Virus record (IMG/VR): IMGVR_UViG_2706795158_000001
Location: 39,335 to 103,334 of that record
DNA from: a virus
Reading direction: 5' to 3' (one strand)
Length of the DNA stretch: 64,000 nucleotides
The stretch's first letter is position 1. Every line of letters begins with the position of its first letter. Positions 9,301 to 17,663 of this stretch are shown piece by piece. Below the pieces are notes generated by a model. It did no database searches. It had not been told where the DNA came from and saw only the letters and a list, made by a program, of their open reading frames with translations. A program made the position numbers and the translations under genes.

Positions 9301-10050
9301 ATGGATTTATATGTCAATTATGAAGACATAAATGCCCAGTTCCTAGTAGAGAACTACCTGTTTGGGGTTCCATTAGAAGACTTATATGGTAACAAAATGG
9401 GTGAGGGCTTGCTAGACCATTATATCAAGTCTGCAATACTCTATACACAACGTATGTTACAAGTCATCATTGAGCCACAAGAGATAGAGGATGAGGTGCA
9501 CGATTACTACCAAAATGACTTCATGAGTTGGGGATTCTTACAACTACACAAGAGACCCCTAGTAGAAGTACACAAGTTACAAATGAACTTTGGTAGCTAT
9601 AATGCAGCGGAAATACCTAAGGATTGGATACGGCAATATGATATACCTGGACAAATACAGCTCTTCCCTACACAGGGAAGTGCAGGCAGTATGATCATAG
9701 CACAGAATGGTTCATTCCTACCTCTAGCTTTAGGACAATACTCTAGTGCTCCTGGTATCTGGAGAGTTAGCTATAAAGCTGGTATGGAAAGAATTCCTCA
9801 TGACTTAGTAGAGTATATCATGAAGCGTGCTTCTATTGGTATCCTTCAAGTATGGGGTGACTTAATCATCGGTGCGGGTATCGCCAACCAGACTATCAGT
9901 ATTGACGGTCTATCTCAATCTATTGGTACTACACAGTCTCCAGAGTTCTCTGGTGCTGGTGCTCGTATTAAAAACTATTCAGATGACATGAAAGACCTAG
10001 AGAAACGCCTAAAGGATACTTATTTAGGTATTAGTATGGGTCTTCTATAG
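9301..10050 (+). CDS. Putative head-tail adaptor/neck protein
   Basis: Synteny between capsid and sheath genes; SD GGAGG; ISIDGLSQS motif. Confidence 0.6.
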   Translation: MDLYVNYEDINAQFLVENYLFGVPLEDLYGNKMGEGLLDHYIKSAILYTQRMLQVIIEPQEIEDEVHDYYQNDFMSWGFLQLHKRPLVEVHKLQMNFGSYNAAEIPKDWIRQYDIPGQIQLFPTQGSAGSMIIAQNGSFLPLALGQYSSAPGIWRVSYKAGMERIPHDLVEYIMKRASIGILQVWGDLIIGAGIANQTISIDGLSQSIGTTQSPEFSGAGARIKNYSDDMKDLEKRLKDTYLGISMGLL

Positions 10051-10062
10051 GAGGTAAGTAGG

Positions 10063-10779
10063 ATGACACAACCGTATAACTACAACCTCCCTACTGGTAA
10101 CCAAGTTCGGGCTGACTTAAAGCCCGAACTATTTGATTCTGCTATACTACAAAAAGGTTACACTGTCATATGGGAACAAGGCATGTTCTGTCCTTGTATT
10201 GATATGAGGTCTGGTCAACCTGACTACGCTTGCCCTGAATGTGGGGGTAAAGGTTATGCTTACTTTGGTGCAAAGGAAACTAAAGCATTGGTAACTAGTA
10301 TCAGTGGTAATAAAGACCAAGACCACGTAGGTCTCAATGAACAGGGTTCAGCTTACCTTACTCCTTTAAGTACAGACATGGTAGGGTTTAGGGATAAATT
10401 CACTTTTGTAGACTTTGATATTAAATTCTCTGAAGTAATAGCTAGAAGTGAGACTGCACTTGATAGACTAGATTATCAGGCTCTAAAAGTAATCATGGTT
10501 AAGTCCCTACACAAGGAGTTTACAGAAGGCTTTGATTATCTAGTGACTAACGATGGTAAGGATATTGAGTGGATTAATCCTTCAGCATTACAGCCTAAAG
10601 AAAGATACTCAATCCTTTATACTACTAAGCCAGTGTATATTGCTATCGGTCCAATACATGATCTTAGGGGCACTTACACGATGGCTAAAGGTGGAGGGGT
10701 GGAGAGCTTTGTTAGACTTCCTTCACAATTCCATATCAAGAGGGAGGATTTACTAGATGAAACTTTCAGTGCAGGTTGA
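10063..10779 (+). CDS. Putative head completion/neck protein with Cys motifs
   Basis: CPC...CPECGGKG; synteny. Confidence 0.55.
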   Translation: MTQPYNYNLPTGNQVRADLKPELFDSAILQKGYTVIWEQGMFCPCIDMRSGQPDYACPECGGKGYAYFGAKETKALVTSISGNKDQDHVGLNEQGSAYLTPLSTDMVGFRDKFTFVDFDIKFSEVIARSETALDRLDYQALKVIMVKSLHKEFTEGFDYLVTNDGKDIEWINPSALQPKERYSILYTTKPVYIAIGPIHDLRGTYTMAKGGGVESFVRLPSQFHIKREDLLDETFSAG

Positions 10780-10780
10780 T

Positions 10781-10969
10781 ATGGCTAGTCTAGAAGACCT
10801 CGTAAAGGATACGAAACGTGGAGTAGAATGGGGTAACGGAGAAGACCAATTCTATATACAGAATCCACAGTTTAAACAGGAGGAGAAAGAGGTATCTAGA
10901 CCAGTAATGAAAGCTAAGGTTGAAGATGCTACTCCTAAGAAAGTTAAACTTAAATGGGGGAGGTTATAG
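10781..10969 (+). CDS. Small hypothetical protein
   Basis: Fills the gap between genes; likely start ATG 10781 after gcaggt (ORF track starts at 10757). Confidence 0.55.
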   Translation: MASLEDLVKDTKRGVEWGNGEDQFYIQNPQFKQEEKEVSRPVMKAKVEDATPKKVKLKWGRL

Positions 10970-10971
10970 AC

Positions 10972-11805
10972 TTGATTCCGTTAATCGAGGATTACATCAT
11001 TGAAAACATAGAAAACAAGTTAGACCTGCTTAAAAAGAATCCTTCCGCTATCAGTCGAATTGTGAAGCTAGATAAGGCAAGGCTGGATATGATAAGCAAA
11101 TATCTAACTAAGAAAGAAATTCTTCTAAAGAAAGGCTACCCTAGAACACCTGCTGAATTACCTTGTATAGCTATCATGCTATCCACAGAGGATGAGACAG
11201 AAGAGGGTTTAGGAGACATGGGGTACAGTGGAGATGACCAATCGTTCCTTACAGTAGGTTTACCTTGTAAGTATGGAACAGTAGGTTATGAAATTCAACT
11301 GACTAAGCCGAATGTACAAAAGGTTCACAATATACGTCATAATGATACTGGGATGACTATCGAACAGTATGATGTTGACTATGCAAAGTCTAAAATTATT
11401 ATTCATGATGAGGGCTTTGTAGAAGAAGGTGACATCTTTACTATTGAGTTTAGCTACACTAGTGGTGCACAAGAGACAGTACGAACGATGTTTGAAGCTG
11501 AGTATAGGATAGAAGTCTGGACAGAGAATGGAGACTTGACCGTAGACTTATACCACTTAGTTAAGTGGGCAATGTTATCAGGCAGGGACTTCCTCATAGA
11601 TGAGAAAGACATCTACAGACAAAAGCTATCAGGTGGAGATTTTGAACCAGTACGTAGCTTTGAACCAGCGTTTGTATACAGAAGAGCATTAACCTTCTGG
11701 TGTCAATTTAGTGTAGACCCTATCAAAGATATACTCGATGATGACCTTCATGTAGTTACAGAAGTCCATGTGAATCAAGAGTATTATAATAGGGAGGATT
11801 CCTAA
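10972..11805 (+). CDS. Putative tail completion/terminator protein
   Basis: GYPRTPAELPCIAI and YRIEVWTENGDLT..LY motifs; upstream of sheath; TTG start after GGGAGG. Confidence 0.55.
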   Translation: MIPLIEDYIIENIENKLDLLKKNPSAISRIVKLDKARLDMISKYLTKKEILLKKGYPRTPAELPCIAIMLSTEDETEEGLGDMGYSGDDQSFLTVGLPCKYGTVGYEIQLTKPNVQKVHNIRHNDTGMTIEQYDVDYAKSKIIIHDEGFVEEGDIFTIEFSYTSGAQETVRTMFEAEYRIEVWTENGDLTVDLYHLVKWAMLSGRDFLIDEKDIYRQKLSGGDFEPVRSFEPAFVYRRALTFWCQFSVDPIKDILDDDLHVVTEVHVNQEYYNREDS

Positions 11806-12005
11806 TGGCTACTAAAAAGGAAGATACAAAAGTAGTACCTGTCGAGGAGATTCCTAGCTCTCGTATTCATTTCCGTGAGTTCATTCAGTTGCACACAAAC
11901 CTAGACGCTGTAACAAGCTCAGGATTTAAGTCTACTTGTGGCTCTACGGAATGGATGTATTTAGAAGAGTGGCAGGAATGTTTAGACAAGTACAAATCAA
12001 TATAA
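11805..12005 (+). CDS. Small hypothetical protein
   Basis: TAATG overlap; SD GGAGG. Confidence 0.7.
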   Translation: MATKKEDTKVVPVEEIPSSRIHFREFIQLHTNLDAVTSSGFKSTCGSTEWMYLEEWQECLDKYKSI

Positions 12006-12019
12006 GAGAGGTGTTTTAA

Positions 12020-13747
12020 ATGGCTTACGAAAACTCTGGTATTACGTTTAACGGACGTAGAATTATCCATCCAGGTGCTTATGATCGCATAGACACTAGT
12101 GCTATGACAGCCTCTACTCCTGGTAGCTTAAACAGACCTATCTTAATAGGTACTGCTGATGCTGGTGAAGCAGGTAAGGTAATGTGGTGGACAGACCCAA
12201 GTAAGGCTAGAGCATACTTTAAGAGTGGTGACCTACCTACTGCGGTTGAACTAGCGTTCTCTCCTCTACCAGAAGGTGGTGGCGGTGCATCTATCGTTGG
12301 TACGTTACTAGTTAACCCAACAGTTGCAGCTACTAAAGATGTAGGTGGAGGTAAGTGGACTGCTAAGGAGTTCGGTGCTATAGGTAACGAAATCCAAGTT
12401 AAGATGGAAGATGGTACTCTTGCAGGTACAAAGAAAGTTTCTGTATACCGCTTTAGTACTAATGACGTTGAATCTTGGGATAACATCGGTGCTATCTTAG
12501 AAGTAAACTATACAGGGTCTAAGGCTTATGCTGAGATTGCTGTAGCTTCTGGTGTTGTGACTACTAAGACTGGTGCTGATTCAGCTACAGCTACTGTAGA
12601 CTTAACTGTTGATGGTAAGCTTCCACAGTACAGCACAGTAGATGCTTTAGTATCTTACATCAATAGCATGTCTGGATACTCTGCTCGTATCATCAATATG
12701 GCTGATGCGAAAATGCCTGTAACTGCTTTAGATACAGTGACAGCAGTAGCTATCAAGAATGCTCCTAAAACGTTACTGTCTGCTAAGATAGGTATTGAGA
12801 CACGTGTAAACGTATCATCCCTATTAGTGAATGTATCTATCACGGGTACTCCAGCAAACTTCCCTTGGACGTACTTAGCAGGAGGACAAAAAGGTACTAC
12901 ACCTGCTTCATGGTCACCTCACTTTAGTACGCTACGTAAGGAGTTCTTCGACTTACTTTGTGTCCTATCCTCTGAGAGTGCTATCCATGCAGAGGCAGCA
13001 GCACACGTGCAAGTAATGGAAACACGTAGACAGAAGCAGTACTTATTCTTCGGTGGTGCAGGGGATGACCCACAAGCTCCAGAGGATAAGACTAAAGCTA
13101 AACAACGTGCATCTGCAATGAACTACCGTAGAGCGGTACTTTGCTACCCAGCAATTTACCATCCAATCGTAGAGAGTGGTAAGAAATTGTTACCAGGATA
13201 TATGACTGCTGCTATGGTATGTGGACGTGTAGCTGGAGTACCAACTTCAGAGCCTATCACGTTCGACTTCTTCAATATATCTGGTTTAGGGGTAGACTTG
13301 GTAGCAGGTGACCCAGATATTGATGAATTAATCGCTTCAGGCGTATGTGTAATGGAACGAGTTCAGAATGGTGGAATTCGCCTAGCACAAGGTGTAACAA
13401 CGTATCTTGGACCAGTACGTACACCTAACGTAGAGATCAGTACAGGACGTACAGCAGATGAAGTTTCTGACCGTGTTACAAACAGATTAGAAGACACATT
13501 TGTAGGCTCTAGCTCTGCAATTGCTACTAACTCTTCTGTAACTACAGAAGCTACTAACGTCTTAGACGAATGTACACGTGAGAAGTTAATTCTTGGATAC
13601 CGTAACATTCGAGTACGATTCGAAGGTACTGCTGTATATGTTGATTATGAAGCTGCTATCACAGAGCCAATCAACTTTATCCTAGTTACATCTCACTTTG
13701 TCCCATCTAGTACGTTTAATAACCTAGTAGAGGGACAACAAATCTAA
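12020..13747 (+). CDS. Tail sheath protein
   Basis: HPGAYDRIDTS N-terminus; C-terminal GVTTY...EISTGRTAD...PINFILVT; followed by the tube gene. Confidence 0.92.
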   Translation: MAYENSGITFNGRRIIHPGAYDRIDTSAMTASTPGSLNRPILIGTADAGEAGKVMWWTDPSKARAYFKSGDLPTAVELAFSPLPEGGGGASIVGTLLVNPTVAATKDVGGGKWTAKEFGAIGNEIQVKMEDGTLAGTKKVSVYRFSTNDVESWDNIGAILEVNYTGSKAYAEIAVASGVVTTKTGADSATATVDLTVDGKLPQYSTVDALVSYINSMSGYSARIINMADAKMPVTALDTVTAVAIKNAPKTLLSAKIGIETRVNVSSLLVNVSITGTPANFPWTYLAGGQKGTTPASWSPHFSTLRKEFFDLLCVLSSESAIHAEAAAHVQVMETRRQKQYLFFGGAGDDPQAPEDKTKAKQRASAMNYRRAVLCYPAIYHPIVESGKKLLPGYMTAAMVCGRVAGVPTSEPITFDFFNISGLGVDLVAGDPDIDELIASGVCVMERVQNGGIRLAQGVTTYLGPVRTPNVEISTGRTADEVSDRVTNRLEDTFVGSSSAIATNSSVTTEATNVLDECTREKLILGYRNIRVRFEGTAVYVDYEAAITEPINFILVTSHFVPSSTFNNLVEGQQI

Positions 13748-13761
13748 GGAGGTGACTACCT

Positions 13762-14175
13762 ATGGGAATGGTAGATAAACAGACGGTACACGCTGGTCAT
13801 ACCATAAACATCCGTATCAGGGGTGAAATCGTTGGTAGGATTCAGGGCTTAGACGGTGAGCGTGATTTCGGTACAGAAGGTGTATACGAAATCGGTTCAA
13901 TGATGCCACAAGAACACGTACACAATAAGTATACTGGTTCTGTAACATGTGAGCGATTCTTCGTACGTAAGAAAGACCTTGCACGTATCGGAATGGCTTC
14001 TGTGGGTGAAGAGGTACTGAAGAAAGATGTTATCACTATCGAGGTAGTAGATAAGTACACTAAAGAGATTGTTCGTTCTTACCACGGATGCTCTATTGGT
14101 AACTATCGTGAGAACTTCCGAGTTAATGCTATCGCAGGTGAAAACGCTAGCTTCCAATACCTATATGCAAGCTAA
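13762..14175 (+). CDS. Tail tube protein
   Basis: KQTVHAGHT...GRIQ...GTEGVYEIGSMMPQEHV closely resembles Twort-like tube proteins. Confidence 0.92.
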   Translation: MGMVDKQTVHAGHTINIRIRGEIVGRIQGLDGERDFGTEGVYEIGSMMPQEHVHNKYTGSVTCERFFVRKKDLARIGMASVGEEVLKKDVITIEVVDKYTKEIVRSYHGCSIGNYRENFRVNAIAGENASFQYLYAS

Positions 14176-14191
14176 TAATACCAACAATAGT

Positions 14192-14233
14192 GGGAGCAGG
14201 AGTATAACTTACATACTCCTGCTCCTATTTTTA
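14192..14233 (+). terminator. Rho-independent terminator after tube gene
   Basis: gggagcaggagtat-aacttac-atactcctgctcct followed by attttt. Confidence 0.85.
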
Positions 14234-14263
14234 TTATGAATTAAAACTCAAGGAGGTATTACT

Positions 14264-14704
14264 ATGTCAGAGAATATTAAAACTGTTACACTTAACACGT
14301 TACAGGACATTAACCAAGGGGATGCACGTACTCATACTTTTAAAGCAGACTTCACAGATGTAGACCCAGAATTCGTAGGTATGTTCACAGTACATCACCC
14401 TAATATGATGGATGAATTAGCTATTGGACGTCTATATGCAAGCTTAAAAGGTGGGTTGGAAGTAGACCAGTTCACAGACAATATTGCTACAGTTGTCTCT
14501 ACACTAGATGTAGTGTTAGATAAGAAACCTGAATGGTTCCACGTTGGTAACTCAAAGGTAGACTATCCTATGTGGGAAGTTATCTACTTAGAGTACAGAA
14601 ACTGGGTGGAATCCTTTCGTAAGCCAGATAAAAAAGATAACAATGAAGGAGATAGCAAAGACAAGCCAAGCGAGGTTCGAGTGGTGGGTACAGACCAAAT
14701 TTAA
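14264..14704 (+). CDS. Tail assembly chaperone (short form)
   Basis: Between tube and tape measure; SD GGAGG; contains in-frame TCC TTT CGT at 14612-14620. Confidence 0.75.
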   Translation: MSENIKTVTLNTLQDINQGDARTHTFKADFTDVDPEFVGMFTVHHPNMMDELAIGRLYASLKGGLEVDQFTDNIATVVSTLDVVLDKKPEWFHVGNSKVDYPMWEVIYLEYRNWVESFRKPDKKDNNEGDSKDKPSEVRVVGTDQI

Positions 14705-14957
14705 TGTTCTGTCTACAGACCCTAGATATAAAGCCTTGACAACCGAGCAATTTGACCTTATGTATCATCACTACCTTCTAGATAACCCAGAGGAAGAGGA
14801 TGTAGTTAAGGCTGCTAATGACCCTGACTATAAGGAAGATGAGCCTGAACACTATGAAGACCCAGACTTCAAACATGCATGGGATAACATGGATGATGAT
14901 GAGGTTGTACAGGATACTACAGGTAAGAAAGAAGAGGACGAATTTGAGGAGGTGTAG
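14619..14957 (+). CDS. Tail assembly chaperone extension, probably reached by +1 frameshift (about 230-aa fusion)
   Basis: The +1 frame is open 14592-14957; the ATG at 14643 has no SD; sequence WWVQTKFNVLSTDPRYKALT. Confidence 0.65.
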   Translation, partial: VSQIKKITMKEIAKTSQARFEWWVQTKFNVLSTDPRYKALTTEQFDLMYHHYLLDNPEEEDVVKAANDPDYKEDEPEHYEDPDFKHAWDNMDDDEVVQDTTGKKEEDEFEEV

Positions 14958-14960
14958 TAG

Positions 14961-17651
14961 ATGGCTAGAAATCGGACAGATGCTGATATTAAGTTTAGGG
15001 CTGATACTACAGATGCCCTCTCTGACATAAAGCAACTGGAAAGCAAGGTAGCCAAGCTAAAGGACTTAGCTAACCAGGGTGAGCACTCTCAGGGAGGGCT
15101 ACTCTCCTACAGACAAGTCTCTATGTACAGAAAAATCCTAGGTGAAACTGAACAACTCTATGATAAGCACTATAAACGCTTGGAACGTATGGAAGCGGAT
15201 TATGGACGTAAGGTAGAGGAAAATCAGAAGAAGATTAAGAAGTATCAGGAACAACTTAGGAATGCTCAAGGGGGCAATAAGTGGGGCGATGTAGCAAGCC
15301 CTAGAGTACAGCAGTTCTATCAGTCTAGGCTAGATCAAGCTACTGCTGATAGAGACAAAATTAAATCTGGTTCTAATGAAGCTGAAATGCAACGCCTACG
15401 TTCAGTTATAGACCAGATGAATCCCTCTATACAACAACGTAATGATAACCGTGACCGTATAGATAGAATGCATGAACGTGACCCTGTAACCGAGCGTATG
15501 CTCTACGGGGTTACCTCTGCTGTACAGTCAGCAGGTATTATTGCTAGTATAGGTCAGATGTTCAATTATGGTAACCGATACGCTGATATACTGAGACCAC
15601 AGGAACTACAGGCTTCTCAAATGGGGCAGAAAATTGGCTACGGTGAAGGTGGCAATGATGAAACCCTCCGTGAGAGAGCAGTAAATGTAGGCTTGAAGAA
15701 TCAGTATAAAACAGGGGAAACTCTACAAACACAGTCCATATTGGCTGCTGGTGGTAGGACTAATCTAGACAAGCTAGATGCAGATACTGAATCAGCACAA
15801 GCATTTGGACGTAATACGGGTACTAACCCTGACCAACTTGCTAATATGGGTAGTATGCTCCAACGTATGGGAGCTATGGATGAGGGGCAAATGAAACGCT
15901 TATCAGACTTGATAGGTGGTGCTGTATCTAAAACCAAGATGAGTGGTCGAGAAGAGGAAATGATGAGAGCAACTACTTCTCTAGCACAATCAGTGAGTAG
16001 AGGGCTACCAGAATTTAAGGATGACCAGTTCAAGAACATGTTATCTGCACAAGTCATGTTAGGTCAGCTATCTCCAGAGCTTAAAGGTGAGCGTGGCTCT
16101 AAGTTACTAGGAACTATGGATGCAGGTTTCAAGGAGGGTAACCATACCTTAGACGTATTAATGCGTAATGGTAACTCTGATTTCTTAGGAGTAGAGGGTA
16201 CTTGGAAAATGAAACTGCAACAAGAAGAGGGTATATCAAACCCTAAAAACATCACTGACCTAGTAAAAGGCTTGAAAGCTACCTATGGTAAGGATGTATT
16301 GAAGACTAGTCAAGGTCAAGCAGTAGCAGGTATGTCCCTATCTCAAGGTCTTGGAGTATCTAAGAAAGAGAGTCAGAAACTTATTGAATCTGGCTTCCTA
16401 GAGAAGATGGAGCAAGGGAAAATGCCTACTTCTAAGGAACTTGAAGATGCAGGTATGAAAGACTTAGCGAAAAAGGCAAAAGCATGGAATAACGCTGAAT
16501 CTAAGAACTGGACAGGGAATGAAGCAGGGTATGAGCGAACTGGTACTGAAACTGGGGGTAATATTTGGTCAGGTATCTCTAGCTATGCTGGGCAGGCTTT
16601 TAACTCTCTTAATCCTTGGGTAGCATTCGGTGGTATGTCTGCTATGGCTCTTGGTGGCTCATACATGATGGGTAAGTATGGTAGAATGGGCTTATCCAGA
16701 GGTTTATCTAACCTTAGACCTAACATAGGTCAACAACGTGGAGCACTACCCCCTAGAGGTGGTAACTTCATGGGTAATGTTAAGAACACTGCTGGTAACC
16801 TTTGGAACTCTACTAAGTCTGGTGCAGGCTCTCTATGGAACTCTGCTAAGAGTGGTGGCTCTAAGGCTTGGAACTGGGGTAAAGGTCTCTTTAAAGGCGG
16901 TGGTGGAGGTACTCCTCCTAGTGGTGGTGCTCCTGCTGGTGGTGGCTTCTGGAATGGAGCAAAGAGCCTAGGAGGAAAGGTACTTGGTCCACTAGCTACT
17001 GTAGGTAGTATGACATGGGCTGCTGACTTAGGGGATGACGCAGGGGACTGGTTATTCGGACACGACAAAGGACAGCTAAAGCCTAAGCCTATGCTAGATC
17101 CATTTGGTAAGGATGAGTATTACAAAGAGGAAAAACGTAACGCCTTTGTACGTGGTTGGAATTGGCTTACTGGTGATGAGGAAGAAGATAAGAAGAAGGA
17201 AGAGGCTAAGAAAAAAGAGGTTAAAAAGAAAGAAGCCGAACCTCTACCTAAAACTGAAAAAGACACTGCCAAGCCAATACCAGAAGCTAAGAAGGATGAG
17301 GGAACCGATAGCACTAAGAAAGAGCTAGAGGTGGACAGTATTAAAGTTAAGGATAAGTCTGTACAGGAGTACCTAACCAAGGAGAAGGACGGAGTATCTA
17401 AGTCTACTCCTGGCTCTAAGTCATCCTCTAAAGATGACGTAGACACTAACATCAAGTTAGTTAAAATAGAGCACACTGTTAGGGTTGAGTGGACAGGCAA
17501 CAACTTATCTCCAGACAATGAATACAAGGTTTCAGGTAGTATCTCTAACTACTTCTCTACTGCAACTGATATCCTCATGGGTAAAGGCGGTAATGGAGGG
17601 GCAACTGCATTTGGAGGTATGAATCTATCCAGAGACCAGAGCCGAGAATAG
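14961..17651 (+). CDS. Tape measure protein
   Basis: Long helical protein after the chaperone; Trp-periodic repeats (LWNSTKSGAGSLWNSAKSG); hydrophobic segment. Confidence 0.8.
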   Translation: MARNRTDADIKFRADTTDALSDIKQLESKVAKLKDLANQGEHSQGGLLSYRQVSMYRKILGETEQLYDKHYKRLERMEADYGRKVEENQKKIKKYQEQLRNAQGGNKWGDVASPRVQQFYQSRLDQATADRDKIKSGSNEAEMQRLRSVIDQMNPSIQQRNDNRDRIDRMHERDPVTERMLYGVTSAVQSAGIIASIGQMFNYGNRYADILRPQELQASQMGQKIGYGEGGNDETLRERAVNVGLKNQYKTGETLQTQSILAAGGRTNLDKLDADTESAQAFGRNTGTNPDQLANMGSMLQRMGAMDEGQMKRLSDLIGGAVSKTKMSGREEEMMRATTSLAQSVSRGLPEFKDDQFKNMLSAQVMLGQLSPELKGERGSKLLGTMDAGFKEGNHTLDVLMRNGNSDFLGVEGTWKMKLQQEEGISNPKNITDLVKGLKATYGKDVLKTSQGQAVAGMSLSQGLGVSKKESQKLIESGFLEKMEQGKMPTSKELEDAGMKDLAKKAKAWNNAESKNWTGNEAGYERTGTETGGNIWSGISSYAGQAFNSLNPWVAFGGMSAMALGGSYMMGKYGRMGLSRGLSNLRPNIGQQRGALPPRGGNFMGNVKNTAGNLWNSTKSGAGSLWNSAKSGGSKAWNWGKGLFKGGGGGTPPSGGAPAGGGFWNGAKSLGGKVLGPLATVGSMTWAADLGDDAGDWLFGHDKGQLKPKPMLDPFGKDEYYKEEKRNAFVRGWNWLTGDEEEDKKKEEAKKKEVKKKEAEPLPKTEKDTAKPIPEAKKDEGTDSTKKELEVDSIKVKDKSVQEYLTKEKDGVSKSTPGSKSSSKDDVDTNIKLVKIEHTVRVEWTGNNLSPDNEYKVSGSISNYFSTATDILMGKGGNGGATAFGGMNLSRDQSRE

Positions 17652-17663
17652 GGAGGTTATATC

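Noticed and set aside
14643-14957. Independent 104-aa gene starting at ATG 14643
   Set aside because: No SD upstream; better explained as the +1 frameshift extension, though not excluded
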